From the human T2T-CHM13v2.0 reference genome, Homo sapiens, in NCBI RefSeq assembly GCF_009914755.1, contig NC_060929.1: a stretch of 64,000 nucleotides of DNA. One strand, 5' to 3'. Shown piece by piece: positions 14,601 through 27,930 of this stretch; position 1 is the first letter of the stretch, and each line of letters opens with the position of its first letter. The position numbers and the translations under genes were made by a program. Below the pieces are notes generated by a model that had not been told where the DNA came from, made no database searches, and saw only the letters and a program-made list of their open reading frames with translations.

Positions 14601-16589
14601 ATATGCTGAGAAATTATATGGGGATCAAATGCATATTGGCATTAGAGAATGACTCCAGATTGTTCTCAATGGTAGGATTTCATCTGAAAATAAGTGCTGA
14701 TTTACAAGAATTTACACCTAAAATGCAAATCACAGAGTTCCCCAATGGAGAGCAAAGGAAAGTTGAAGGCAGCTAGCTTCCTCCTTTATCTCAAAAGCAG
14801 AGGTCCCATTGGCCTTTAGAGTGGAGAAAAAATCCCAAAGATGTTTCCATAGGCAGCTCCATACACAAAATAGAAAACACACAATTATGCATACACAGGC
14901 CCCTTTATCCTCCCCAGTGGTAATTCTGAATCTCTGCATCTTCCAGCTGTACTTGATTAACATGGCAGACACAGTTCCCTCATCAACTGCCTGTTAACAC
15001 AGGAGACACAAGCAGTGCTGGGAGGTTTTCAAATAAAACCGGGACTATTGGGGACAAAGGTTAACAGCTGGCCAAGGTAATCTGGACACTTCTTGGAGAG
15101 GATTAGGCTAGGTCTGTTGGGTGTCCATAGTTCAACATTCATTTTCACAGCTTAGGGACAGAGTGGAGTCAGAATTGACATTAAAGATAAGGAGTGTGTG
15201 TGTCTGTGTGTGTGTGCATGTCAGCAGTTGTGGTCAAAGTCTTCTATGTATTAAGCAATGTACTGAGCTATTTATGGCAAGAGAAAAGAAAATCTAGTAC
15301 TAAAAATCTGGGCTTTTTAATATTAAAGAAAATAACCCACCTATATGTATATGAATGTGAATAAACAGGTTATGTTCAGTATCCCCTGCCTCAGCTCCCT
15401 TCTTTCTGGTCCCCCATGTGGACAACTTGGGGTCACTGAGGAATTCAGTTGAGTTGTCTTGGGCAACACAGGAAGCAGAAAAGAAGGGTGCCGTGGTACT
15501 TTCATTATCTCTGTGAACATGCGGGAAGGAGAAGACACCTTGTTAGTTAGGCACAATTTCTTCTTCAATATGGATTTAATTCTGACATTGAAAGATTATA
15601 TGTGCAATTGTTCTTAGAGGCTGAAGGTTACAAATACATGAGGAAGCCAACTCCAGCCTGTTCACACTTTCACTTCAGTCCTCAGCATCTCCTCGAGCCA
15701 GATGTTCTCATCTGGCTCCTTTCTCTGGCAAATCTTTCTGCCCAGTCCACTGGAGCTCGTGGGTCTTGCTCCAGCCTCCGGACAGCCAGTCACACCCAGC
15801 AGGGCGGGGCTCATGGGCTCTAAGGGCACCTTAGTGCACAAGGCGTTCTTTGAATGCGCCAAAACGATGGGGTGGGGGTCACAGGAGCCCTGGGGGTCCA
15901 TCCAGAATTATCCAAGACCACCCAGAGACGTTTGATTGAGGAAAAAAGTTTAGCTTATTCATGGGAGACACAACAGTTATTAGTTTGAAGTGTGGGTCTT
16001 GACCTTTCTTTTTTATTTTAAAATATGTCTTTATTTATCATTTTTGAAATTGCAAAACAAAAGATGTATCTGAATATTCCAATTGGAATAAAACAATTAT
16101 TTGCAAAAAAAAAAAGTTGTTTTCCTCGCTTGCCCGCCTGTCCTAGCCTCCTCCAGGAATCACCAACCCCACAGCCTGGAGCCCGTCCTCCACACCAGTT
16201 GATCTGCACGTATATGGGGAGGGGTGTTTTTTGTTTTTTATCAAAATGTGATTGTATTGCGCACATTAACCCATACTTTGCTTTCTTCAATTATTACGGG
16301 CATCCCTTTTGGTCAGTGGATAGAGAAGAGGGTAGATACAGATCTATCAGTATCTCTATTTTTCTTTTTTCTTTGTGGACTCACAGGTTTAATTTACATA
16401 AATTGGATTATATGATTATGCTAATTTAAAGTGCAGTCTTTTTCATTTTCTTTTTTCTTGCCTCTTTCTGTTTTTTTTTTTTTTCTGCCCTATTCCTTCC
16501 TTTTCATGGAAGCTCTTTCCCTACCCCATCCTAAGAAACCCAAGGTGCCACTTTCTAGGCATTCTTACACAGTCACACACACACATACA

Positions 16590-17560
16590 ACTTACACACT
16601 ATTGGTTTTACAGAAATAAAAAGATATTATGCATGCTTCTCTTCCTGTTTTAACAGTACTTTGTATAAATCTTCCTAATCCATTTGATATAGCTTCTAAT
16701 GCATTCTTTTCAATAACTGCATACTAATCCATGCGGTGGATGCAGCTGGAATAATTCAATCATTCAGCAATTCCCCTACCAATGGACAATTAAATGCTTA
16801 GCAGGTTTTGCCACCTCACAATAATATCTTTGTCCATATGTGCCTGCAAGACTCAGTGTTCCTGTCTGTGTAATGGGTTCGCAGGAGGGAGACTGTTGAA
16901 GACACAGACATGGGTATCGTTCACTACAATCGCTGTTGCTGAAGGAGGTAGCACTTCGTGTCTCGCTAGAAATGTTCCTGCTCACACTGCAGCATCCCTA
17001 GCAGTGGGCTCTTTGCTCTATTTTAGCTTTTGTCAGTGGGATGTGTGTGAAATGACAGTTGCTTTTTATGTTATTTGCATTCCCCTGAGACTGGTGAACT
17101 TGATCTTTTCATATGCTTATGAATCATTCAGATTTGTTCTTCTCTGGATTTGCTATTCAAATCTTTACCAATTTGTTTTCGGTGTTGTTTATCTCTGTTA
17201 GTCGATTTAGAAAGCTCTGTATATACTTTAAATACGGTCCTGGTTAAAGCTTCTGGGTTCAGAAGCCCACCTGGGTGGGAGGGGGGTCGGCGTCTCAGCC
17301 CCGCCTCTCAGTGGCTCTGCTGCCTTCATTCAGGACCCCTACTTCTCTGGACTTCAGTTCCTCATGTTTAGGTTAAAGATAGGTAGTGTGCCCACCTCTC
17401 AGGCATGCTGAAAGACATGTTAGGTGGATAAAAATATTTACCACAAAGAGTCAGTTAATTTAAGCCATTGTTTCTATTTATTTGGCTTATGATGTATTTT
17501 GATATATAAAACTTTGTAATGTTTATGTTATAAAAATTTTTTTTCAAAGCTTTCATTTTT
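16590..17560 (-). mobile_element. Old L1ME-type fragments with an embedded MIR-like piece (~17230-17420)
   Basis: T-rich reverse L1 motifs such as ATTTGCATTCCCCTGA and CTTTTCATATGCTTAT; highly diverged. Confidence 0.55.
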
Positions 17561-17938
17561 TTCTAACCTGGTGAGAAAAGTGTCTGGAAACTGTCCATCT
17601 CCTCTCCACCTGTGACACACCTGTCCCAGCAGGGTCATGGATTTCTTACCCAGAAGTGAGATTTCCTCGTAAGGCACAACTCTCCTCCAGTTCCTGCTGG
17701 CTTCAAACCCTCCCAGAATGAGTTTCCATATTTTTTCCAGAGTTTATCAAGTTTATTATGGATTTCTGTGATGAGTTACGGGAGCCCCGTGCAGCAGGGG
17801 TCCTGCGGAAGAAAACACCGCCATAAGGCAGCCTTCACATGCAGGGCAATGACTTCCCGTCTAGGCTACAGCTTACAATAATAAAGTGGGAGCAGGCAAA
17901 AGTCATTTAAATGATACTTTTTATTTGTCCAATACTAC

Positions 17939-18314
17939 TGATATGGTCTGGCTCTGTGTCCCCACCAGAAAGTCACCTTGAATTGTAATCCGAATTGTAA
18001 TCCTCACGTGTTCGGGAAGGGACTTTGTGGGAGGTGACTAGATCATGGAGGCAGTTCCCGATGCTGTTCTCACAATAGTGAGTGAGTTCTCCTAAGATCT
18101 GATGGTTTTATAAGGAACGTCCCGCCTTTGCTTGGGACTTGTCTCTCCTGCTACTATGTAAAGAAGGACGAGTTTGCTTCCCCTTCTGCCATGATTGTAA
18201 GTTTCCTGAAGCCTCCCCAGCCATGCAGAACTGGGCATCACTTAAACCTCTTTAATTTATACATTACCCAGTTTCAGGTATTTCTTCATAGAAGCATGAA
18301 AACGAACAAATACA
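17939..18314 (+). mobile_element. MaLR solo LTR (THE1D/MSTA-like)
   Basis: TGATATGG...AATACA termini with perfect 5-bp TSD ACTAC. Confidence 0.92.
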
Positions 18315-19779
18315 ACTACCAATAGCTTTCCTTGGCTCAAAGTGTTGATTTTTAAATAAAATAAGTGGTTGTTGTTATTTTGTTATTTTTTCAAATATTT
18401 AATAGAAAATTGCATTTGCACAGTGCTTTTCAATGATTGTTGTTAGTTATTCTTTCTATTTTTCCCATGAAATAAGCACTATAAGAACCCTTGTTTTGTA
18501 GTGAAAAAGTTTACCTAAACATTAATCAACTCCTTGCCTTTTGGCAATGACTTTGCATACCCTTCCTTGGCCATGTTTCTCACTGCCACTCATACTTTCA
18601 TTAGTATCCATCTCTGACTAATTATTCTACTTTGTAATTAACTGCTTTGGTAAGAAAAAGCAATCCAAAATAATAGAATTCCTTTATATTTAATTGCTTA
18701 ATTACTGTTTTAACTGAGATCACAAATCATTCTGGCAAATATACATTATTATGCATTTTGTTGCCAATGAATCAAGAGATTAAATTAATGATTTAATTGA
18801 TTAATTATAGTAAATGATGGCAATTAATATTGACTGCAACAGTTTACAGATGAATGGAAAGCCCATCTTTGCATCCTATTTGGTTTCATCATATTCTCTT
18901 TCAGACTCACAATGGGAAAAAAAAGTCTTCAAAGGAAACGCTACTAGTTATTCCTTCTACCAGTGCTGCACAACCAATTGTTTTAGACTAGAAACATGTA
19001 CCTGCAATCCACATCTCTTTGGTACATAACTAGTCATGACTAAAGAAGATACAGTGAAAATGCTAAAATTGGCATTTGTTGTCAAGGCCAGGGTCTGTGA
19101 TACATTCTTTAATACCCTTGTGACATTCAGTGGAGGCTTAAAAGGTGTTTACCCCAAACTGGAATACAGCTAGTGCTCTCTGAGCATCTTACCTTGACAA
19201 GTGTTGACACTTCAGTGCCATTTTGGGTCATGCACTCTATAGTAAGGCAGATCCAAAAACCCTTAACAATCCTTCTTTGGGCAACAAACAGCTTCTATGC
19301 ACTAAGTCTGGCATTTGAAACCCTCATCCCTCTTTTCAACCCAGTCTAGCTCAGTTATACTAAGTGTATCTTCACCTGGGTTTGGGGAACCACTAGTTCA
19401 TAGGCCTTCCTACCTCTCACTCTCCAGACTCACTTAAATGGCTGCCCAAAGGCTCAGCCCTGCTCTGATCACTTCATTCTTAGTGAGAAACATTGGTAGT
19501 TTTAAGAAGAAAGCCCAGAAACTGAGCCTACTTCTTATGCCTTTCCAGAATAGGTCTCAGCCTGTCTCTCCCTGAGTATCTCTTGCTCTTCCACTATCCC
19601 GTCTCTGCTTTCTGACCAGACAGAACAGCTCCTGACTCTTGTCCAAACTTGTCTCACAGACTTTCAAGGTTTTGACATCTCCAGTTAAACACTACCCACC
19701 CAGGGCATGTGGTGTGCAAAATATTTTCCATACTTCTAAACCCACCTCGGAAGCTATCCCTCCTAAAGCATTTCCTAGG

Positions 19780-20237
19780 AAATCATTTCCTGGTTTTGAG
19801 GTCCCCTAGAGCTTCTCTGATAGACCCCATACTCTTCATGCATGTGAACTGCTAGGACCTCAGTCCCATGATGCTGACAGATGGCAGTGCAGGCCTGCTT
19901 TGAGATTTGGCTAAAGAAAGCTGCCACATGCAAGGTCAGGTCCCATTTCCAGGGGGAGCTAATGATAAATAACAGTTTAGGGAGGCAACATAAAGGCCCA
20001 GCCCCATTGCCCCAGTAGATGGCAACTAAAAAAGACTTCTCAGCTCCAGACTTCCCCTAAGATCCAGGACCAACTGAAGCCTCTGCTGTGGCTGCTTAAC
20101 ATCTCAGTTCCCTCTTCTGCCCAGTCCTGCTGCCTTCCCTCCCCTATTGGTGTGGATCCCCAAACAACTTCCAAATTAACTTTTTGCACACACATCTCCA
20201 TCTCAGAGTTGCTCCTAAGAAGCCCAACCTATGACAC
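19780..20237 (+). mobile_element. LTR16-like ERVL LTR
   Basis: 3' end CATCTCCATCTCAGAGTTGC...CCCAACCTATGACA resembles LTR16 family; recalled from memory. Confidence 0.55.
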
Positions 20238-20661
20238 AAAATTATCTGCATAACCCCTTGAGGTCAGGGAACATCTCCTGGTCAATTCTGCATCCTACAG
20301 AGCAACATGTTGCATTAAATATTGGAAGATTCTGTTGATGTATGTCAAATTAAGTGGCTTCCTTGTATAATAAACAAAGATGAACAGTTTGATGAAGTAA
20401 TTACAAACTGCGCTGCCTCCTCACGTTGATAAGCCAAGAAGAGTTGGGAAAGTGGTAGAAAGGTCAAGCAGTCCTAAAACATGCTTTATCACTTCCCATA
20501 TGCCAAACCTCAGAATGTTCATTATTATTACAATGTCATTATAAAGCAAGGCAGCATCTCCAAAATATGCAAGTAGGTGAGAAGCATTCATTAAGGATAT
20601 AGCCAATGAAGGGTTGACTTTGGCAATATGGCAGAAGAGGAGACTCCTAACTATCACTCTA

Positions 20662-21162
<501 letters not shown>

Positions 21163-21248
21163 GGACTGTCATACACTCATACACTGGTCAACTAAAAAAA
21201 TTTCCACAGAGAAATGAGTAGGGAAAGCAGAGCAACATGAAAATATTT

Positions 21249-21533
21249 AAAAACCAAACACCACAAAGCAAGGACAAAAACCAAACACCACATGTTCTCA
21301 CTCATAGGTGGGAATTGAACAATGAGAACACTTGGACACAGGAAGGGGAACATCACACACCAGGGCCTGTTGTGCGGTGGGGTGGGCGGGGAGGGATAGC
21401 ATTAGGAGATATACCTAATGTAAATGATGAGTTAATGGGTGCAGCACACCAATATGGCACATGTATAGATATGTAACGAGCCTGCACGTTGTGCACATGT
21501 ACCCTAGAACTTAAAGTATAATAAAAAAAAAAA
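21249..21533 (+). mobile_element. L1PA 3' end (5'-truncated)
   Basis: CATGTTCTCACTCATAGGTGGGAATTGAAC...CCTAGAACTTAAAGTATAAT plus poly-A. Confidence 0.92.
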
Positions 21534-24159
21534 GAAATTAGAAATAGAACCATCATAAGACCCAGCAATCCTTCTTCTGGGTATGTATCCAGAGGAAGTG
21601 AAATAACCTGGGTATCCATAAATGGATGAATGAATAAAGAAACTGAGAGAGATTAAAAAATAATAATAATAAATATATATATATATATAATTCCTGGCAG
21701 AAGTAAGTATATATTCAACTCAGAACACTATTATATCATAATGGTGGTGTGGAAGTCAATCATATAACTAGTATGAAGGCAAAAAACCAAAATTAGCAAA
21801 ATAGCTACAATAATTTGTTAAGGGAATAAAAGGTATAAAAGATACAAAACATACCATTAAAAATAAATTAGGCAAGGAGTAAAGGCATAGTTTGCATAAG
21901 TGATCAAAGTTAACTTATAACCAAGCTCAAACTGACCTGTTATTAGTATAAAATGTTTTTATGTAAGGCTCATAATAACCACAAAGCAAAACCACAAAAG
22001 ATATAAAGAAAGGATTCAAAGCATACTACTATAGAAATTCACCAAACCACAGAGAAAGACAGCAAAAGATAAAGAAAAAAGGATCTACAAATTAATTAGA
22101 AAACAATTGACAGAATGGCAATAGTAAATACTCACCATTCAATATTACTTTGAATATAAATAGATTAAATTCTCCAGTTAAAAGACATAGAGTGGCTGAA
22201 TAATTTTTTAAAAACCCCACTGTATGCTTCTTACAAGAGACTCATTTCACATCTAAGGACAAAATAGACTAAATGTGAAGGGATGAAAAAGATATCGCAC
22301 ACAAATGGAAACCAAAGGAGAGTAGGAATAGCTATGCTTATATCAGAGTAAAAAAGATTTTAAGTCAAAAACCATAAAAAGAAGAAAAGAAGGTCATTAT
22401 ATAAGAATAGGTCAATTTATTAAGAAATTGTAACAATTGTAAATATATATGCACCTAAAATCAGAGCGCCTAAATATATAAAACAAATATTAATAGATCT
22501 GAAGAGAGAAACTACAGTACGATAATAATAGAAGACTTCAATACCCCAACTTCAACATTAAGCAAATCATCTAGACAGAAAATCAATAAGAAACCATTAG
22601 AGTTGACTGCACTTTAGACCAAATGGACCTGACTGAAATATACAGCACATTCCATCCAACAGCAACAGAATACATATCCTTCTCAAGTACACAAGAAGTA
22701 TTATCCAGGATAGATCATACGTTAAGCCACAAAACAAGACTTAATAAATTTAAGAAGACTGAAATCATATTGAGCACAATTACATAAAACTAGAAATCAA
22801 AACCAGAAAGAATGTTGGAAAACTCACAAATATGTGGAAATTAAACAAATTGTTTCTGAATAGCCAAGGCATCAAGAAAGCAATTAAAAGAGAAATTAAA
22901 AAATATATTGAGACAAATGAAAATGGAGGCATATTAAAATTTATGGGATGCAGTAAAGCAGTCCTGAGAGGAAGCTTTTAGCAATAAACATCTAAGTCAA
23001 AAGAGAAGAGAAATCTCAAAAAACCTAATGTTCCACCTCAAATAACTAGAAAAAGAGGACAAAATAAGCTCAGACTTGGCAAAATAAAGGAAATAAAGAT
23101 TAGAGAATACACAAAACAGAAACTAGAAAAATAATGGAAAGCATCAACATAACTAATGTTGGGTTTTTTAAAAGATAAACAACATTGACAGTTATACTAA
23201 CAAAGAAAAAAGAGAAAGGACTCAAATAAATAAAATCAGAAATGAAAGAGGAGACATTACATCAACACCACAGAAATATAAATGATCATAAGAGACTCCT
23301 ATAAACAACTATGCACCCACAAATTATATAACCTAGAAAAAAACGGGTAAATTCCTAGAAACATGCAACCTACCAAGACTGAATCAAGAAGAAACAGAAA
23401 ATCTGAACAGAACAATAGTAAGGAGATTGAATTAGTAATAAAGTCTCCTATCAAAGAAAAGCTGAAGACCTGATTCCTACACTGCTGAATTCTACCAAAC
23501 ATTTTTAAAAGACCTAATGCCAACCCTTCTCAAAATCTTCAAATAATTGAGGAGGAGGAAATACTTTCAAATTCCTGTCTTGAAGCCAGCATTATGCTGA
23601 CTCCAAAGCCAGGCAAGGACACTATAAGAAAAGAAAACTACCAGCCAATATCTGTTATGAACGTAGATACAAAAATTCTCTAAAAAGTACTAGCAGAGCA
23701 AATACAACAGCACATTAAAAAGTTCATTCACCATGATCCAGTGAGATTTAGCCCAGGGATGCAAGAATGGTTCAACATACATAAATTAATAAATACAATA
23801 TACTGCATTAACAAAATGAAGGACAAAAACCACATTTCAATAGATGCAGAAAAACCATTTGACAACATTTAACATCTGTTCATGATAAAAAAAAAAAACT
23901 CTTAACAAAATACTTATCTAAGGAATATATCTAAACATAATATAGGCAATATAGGGCAAGCCCACAGCTAACATTATACTCAATGGTAAAAAGCTTAGAG
24001 CTTTTCCTCTAAGATTAGGAACAAAGCAGGGAGGCCCACTCTTGCCAATTCTATTCAACATAGTTCTGCAAGTCTTAGCAAGAGTAGTTAGACAAGAAAA
24101 ATAAACAAAGTCATTCTTATATGAAAGATAAAAGGGAAACTGTTTCCGTTTGCTGATAA

Positions 24160-24720
24160 CATAATATTATTTTCCATATTATAACAGAAAATATTTAGAA
24201 TACATTTACATATACATTATATACAATATAGAAAACCCTAAAGACTATTATTATCATGTTTGCTGATAACCTGATCATTTTCTATATTATAATATAGGTT
24301 ATATATAATTTATGTATAATTATATAAATTATATATAACATAAATAATAACTTATTTATAGCTTATATTATTTATTATATATAAAATACATAATATAAAA
24401 TTTTATATATTGTATATAAAATTTATAATATAAATTATATTATAATTTTATTATATATAAATATATAACATTAATTTATTATAATTTTATTATATATAAA
24501 ATATATATAATTTCATATTTAATAAATTAAATATAATATATAATAGATTGTATAATGTTAAATTTCACATTTAATAAATTAAAGATTTAATATATAATAT
24601 ATTTTATATTTATATTTTATATTTATTTTATTAAATTAAAAATGTTATATTAACTATAAAGTATCATATATAATATATAATATAAATTATTGTAATTATG
24701 GTAATCTAAATTATAATATA
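24160..24720. repeat. AT-rich low-complexity expansion inside L1 ORF2
   Basis: Almost pure A/T with degenerate TATA/TAAT repeats. Confidence 0.9.
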
Positions 24721-26407
24721 GAAAATCCTGAACACTCCACCAAAAATTGTTAATACTGATAAATACAGTAGAGTTGCAGCTTACAAAATCAGCCTACAAA
24801 AATCAGCTTATTTATACACTAACAATGAACTATCCAAAAAAGAAACTTTTAAAAATCCCATTTACACACTAGCATAAGAAAAAAATACTTGGGCGTAAAT
24901 TAAACAAGGAGGTGAAACATCTGTACACTGAGAACTGTAAAATATTGGTGAAAAAAACTGAAGAACACATAAATAAATGGAAAAATAGCTCAGGTTCATA
25001 GATTGGAAAAATTAATATTGTTAAAATTAATATTGTTAAAATGTCCACACTACCCAAAGCAATCTACAGATTCAATGCAATACCTACCATCAAAATTCCA
25101 ATGGTGTTATTTACAGAAATAGAAAAGTCAATTCTAAAATTTGTGTGGAATCAGAAAAGACCCTAAAGAGCCAAGGCAATCTTGAGCAAAACAACCAAAC
25201 AGAAACAAAAAACAAAACTAGAGGTATCACAACCCCTGAGTTCAAAAACTACTATAAAGCTATTGCAGTAAAAACAGCATGATACTGGCATAAAAACAGA
25301 CACTTTGACAAATGCAACAGGATAGAGAGCCCAGAAATAAACCCAAGTATTTAGAGTCAATTGATTTTCAACAAAGGTGCCAAGAACACACAATGGAGAA
25401 AAGACAGTCTCCTCAATAAATGGTGTTGGGAAAACTGGACATCCACATGCAGGAGGATGAAATTTGATCCTTATCTCACAACATATAAAAAATCAACTCA
25501 AAGTGGATAAAAACCTTAAATATAAGGCCTGAAACTATAAAGCTGCTATAAGAAAATACAGGGAAATGCTCCATAACATTGTTCTGGGCAGTGACCTTTT
25601 GAATAAGATTCTAAAAGCATCAGTCAACAAAAGCAAAAATAGACAAATGGGATTGCACCCAACTAAAAACCTTCTGCACAGCAAAGGAAACAATTAACAG
25701 AGTGAAGAGACAACACACAGGCTGGGAGAAAATATTTGTAAACCATGCATCTGTTAAGGGGTTAATATTCAAAACATATAAGGAACTCAAATAACTCAAA
25801 ACAAATAACCTGATTAAAAAATGAACAAAGGATCTATCTGAACAGCCATTTCTCAAATGAAGAGATACAAGTGGCCAAGAAGTATATGAAAGATGCTCTA
25901 CATCACTAATTATTAGAGAAATACAAATTAACACCTCAATGAGCTATCACCTCACAACTGTTAGAATGGCTATTTTCAAAAAGACTAATGATAACAAGTG
26001 TTGTTGGTGATGTGGAGAAAAGGGAACCCTTGTTGGTGAGCATGTAAATTAGTGCAGCCTTTTTGAAAAACAGTATGGAGGTTCCTCAAAAAACTGAAAG
26101 TAAAATTACCACAGTATCCAGCAAACCCACTTTTGGGTATATGGCCAAAGGAACCGATATCAGTATGTCAAAGAGATATCTATCTACACTCCCACATTCA
26201 TTTCAGCACTATTCACAATAGTAAATGGAATCAACCTAAGTGTCCATCAATGAATGAATAAAGAAAATGCAGCACATATACACACTGAAATACTATACAG
26301 CCTTCAAAAGAAGAAAATTTGTCATATGCAACAGCACAGATGGAATTGAAGGACATTATGCTAAGAGTGGTAAGTCAGAAACAGAAAGAAAAATACTGTA
26401 TAATCTC

Positions 26408-26808
26408 TTTTTTTCTTTTTTTTATTATACTTTAAGTTTTAGGGTACATGGGCACAACGTACAGGTTAGTTACATATGTATACATGTGCCATGTTGGTGT
26501 GCTGTACCCAATAACTCGTCATTTACATTAGGTATATCTCCTAATGCTATCCCTCCCCCCTCCCTCCTCCCCCTACCCCACAACAGGCCCCGGGGTGTGA
26601 TGTTCCCCTTCCTGTGTCCATGTGTTCTCATTGTTCAATTCCCACCTATGAGTGAGAACATGCGGTGTTTGGTTTTTTGTCCTTGTGACAGTTTGCTGAG
26701 AATGATGGTTTCCAGCTTCATCCATGTCCCTACAAAGGACATGAACTCATCATTTTTTATGGCTACATAGTATTCCATGGTGTATATGTGCCACATTTTC
26801 TTAATCCA
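26408..26808 (-). mobile_element. Young L1PA (L1PA3-5-like) 3' end inserted antisense in the L1MA
   Basis: Poly-T, TTATACTTTAAGTTTTAGGGTACATG...; 19-bp TSD AAAAATACTGTATAATCTC at 26389-26407 and 26809-26827. Confidence 0.95.
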
Positions 26809-27739
26809 AAAAATACTGTATAATCTCACTCATATGAGGAATCTTTAAAAGTTGGTCCCATAAAAAGAGAGTAGAATGGTGGTTACCAGAGGCTGGAGGG
26901 AAGGAATGGGAAAGAAGAGATGTTGTTTAAAAGGTACAATGTTTCAATCAGACAGGAAGAATACCTTTTCCTGATCTATTGCACTACATCTTGACCTCAT
27001 TTAATAACAATATTGTGCATTTTGAAATTGCTGAAAGAATAGATTTCCAATGTTCTCACCACAAAAAAATGATACGTTGGTGAAGTGATGGATGTTAATT
27101 AGCTGGATTAATTCTTTCTACAATGTATAGACAAATCACAACATCACAGTGTACCCTATAAATATACATTATTATTATTTGTCAATTAAAAATAAATCTT
27201 AAAATGAGATATAACCCATAAATTGACTGCTTTCTGTTTATCTCCTTTCCCCATTTTATGTCTGACAAACTATCAATCTATAATTTTATACAAACTACAG
27301 TCATTCTATGAACATTAATTTTTATTTCTTTCTGAGAGGCAGGGCTGGGCTGGATGATAGTATTATCCCAGAGCTAACCATGCATCACATAACAGTGCTA
27401 GAAAACACTTGCTGGGTTCAGACTCCTGTTACAAAATACTACATGTGTAGGATTCAAAACTAATTATTGAATTCACCTACACTGACATCTATTTGTGGGC
27501 TCAATGATACATGCTATAGATAGAATTCCATCATGCAAAAACACCTTTGAGGATTCACAATTCACAGAAAACAAGGAAGTGTTTTGTCATAAATACCTAT
27601 AACTCCTCAGACCTTAGCTAGTTCAGGTACCATAGTCTCTGTCATTTCCAGAAAGCGTGCAGGGGGTACACTCAGACCCCAGCATTTTCCACCAGCAGTG
27701 CTTCCCATGTTCTGCTGTAGTTTTTTTTTTTACCAGCCA

Positions 27740-27930
27740 CTGTACTGAGCATTTTCTAAGAGCCAGGACTTGTGCTGAGTGTTTTATATGCATATACTTT
27801 GGCTCATTTAATTCTCAATAAATCCCTGCAAGATTAGTATAATTATTGCTATTTTACAGATGAGAAAATTGGGGCTTAGAGATTTCAAATAATGGGCTCA
27901 AGCCTCCACTGCCCACAGGTGGAGCAGAGA
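27740..27930 (-). mobile_element. MIR
   Basis: Core ATTTTACAGATGAGAAAATTGGGGCTTAGAGA. Confidence 0.65.

Noticed and set aside
22115-26400. L1 ORF2 as a functional or domesticated gene
   Set aside because: Many stops and frameshifts; FADD motif mutated and disrupted
26267-26829. 167-aa and 64-aa ORFs
   Set aside because: Derived from the L1PA 3' end
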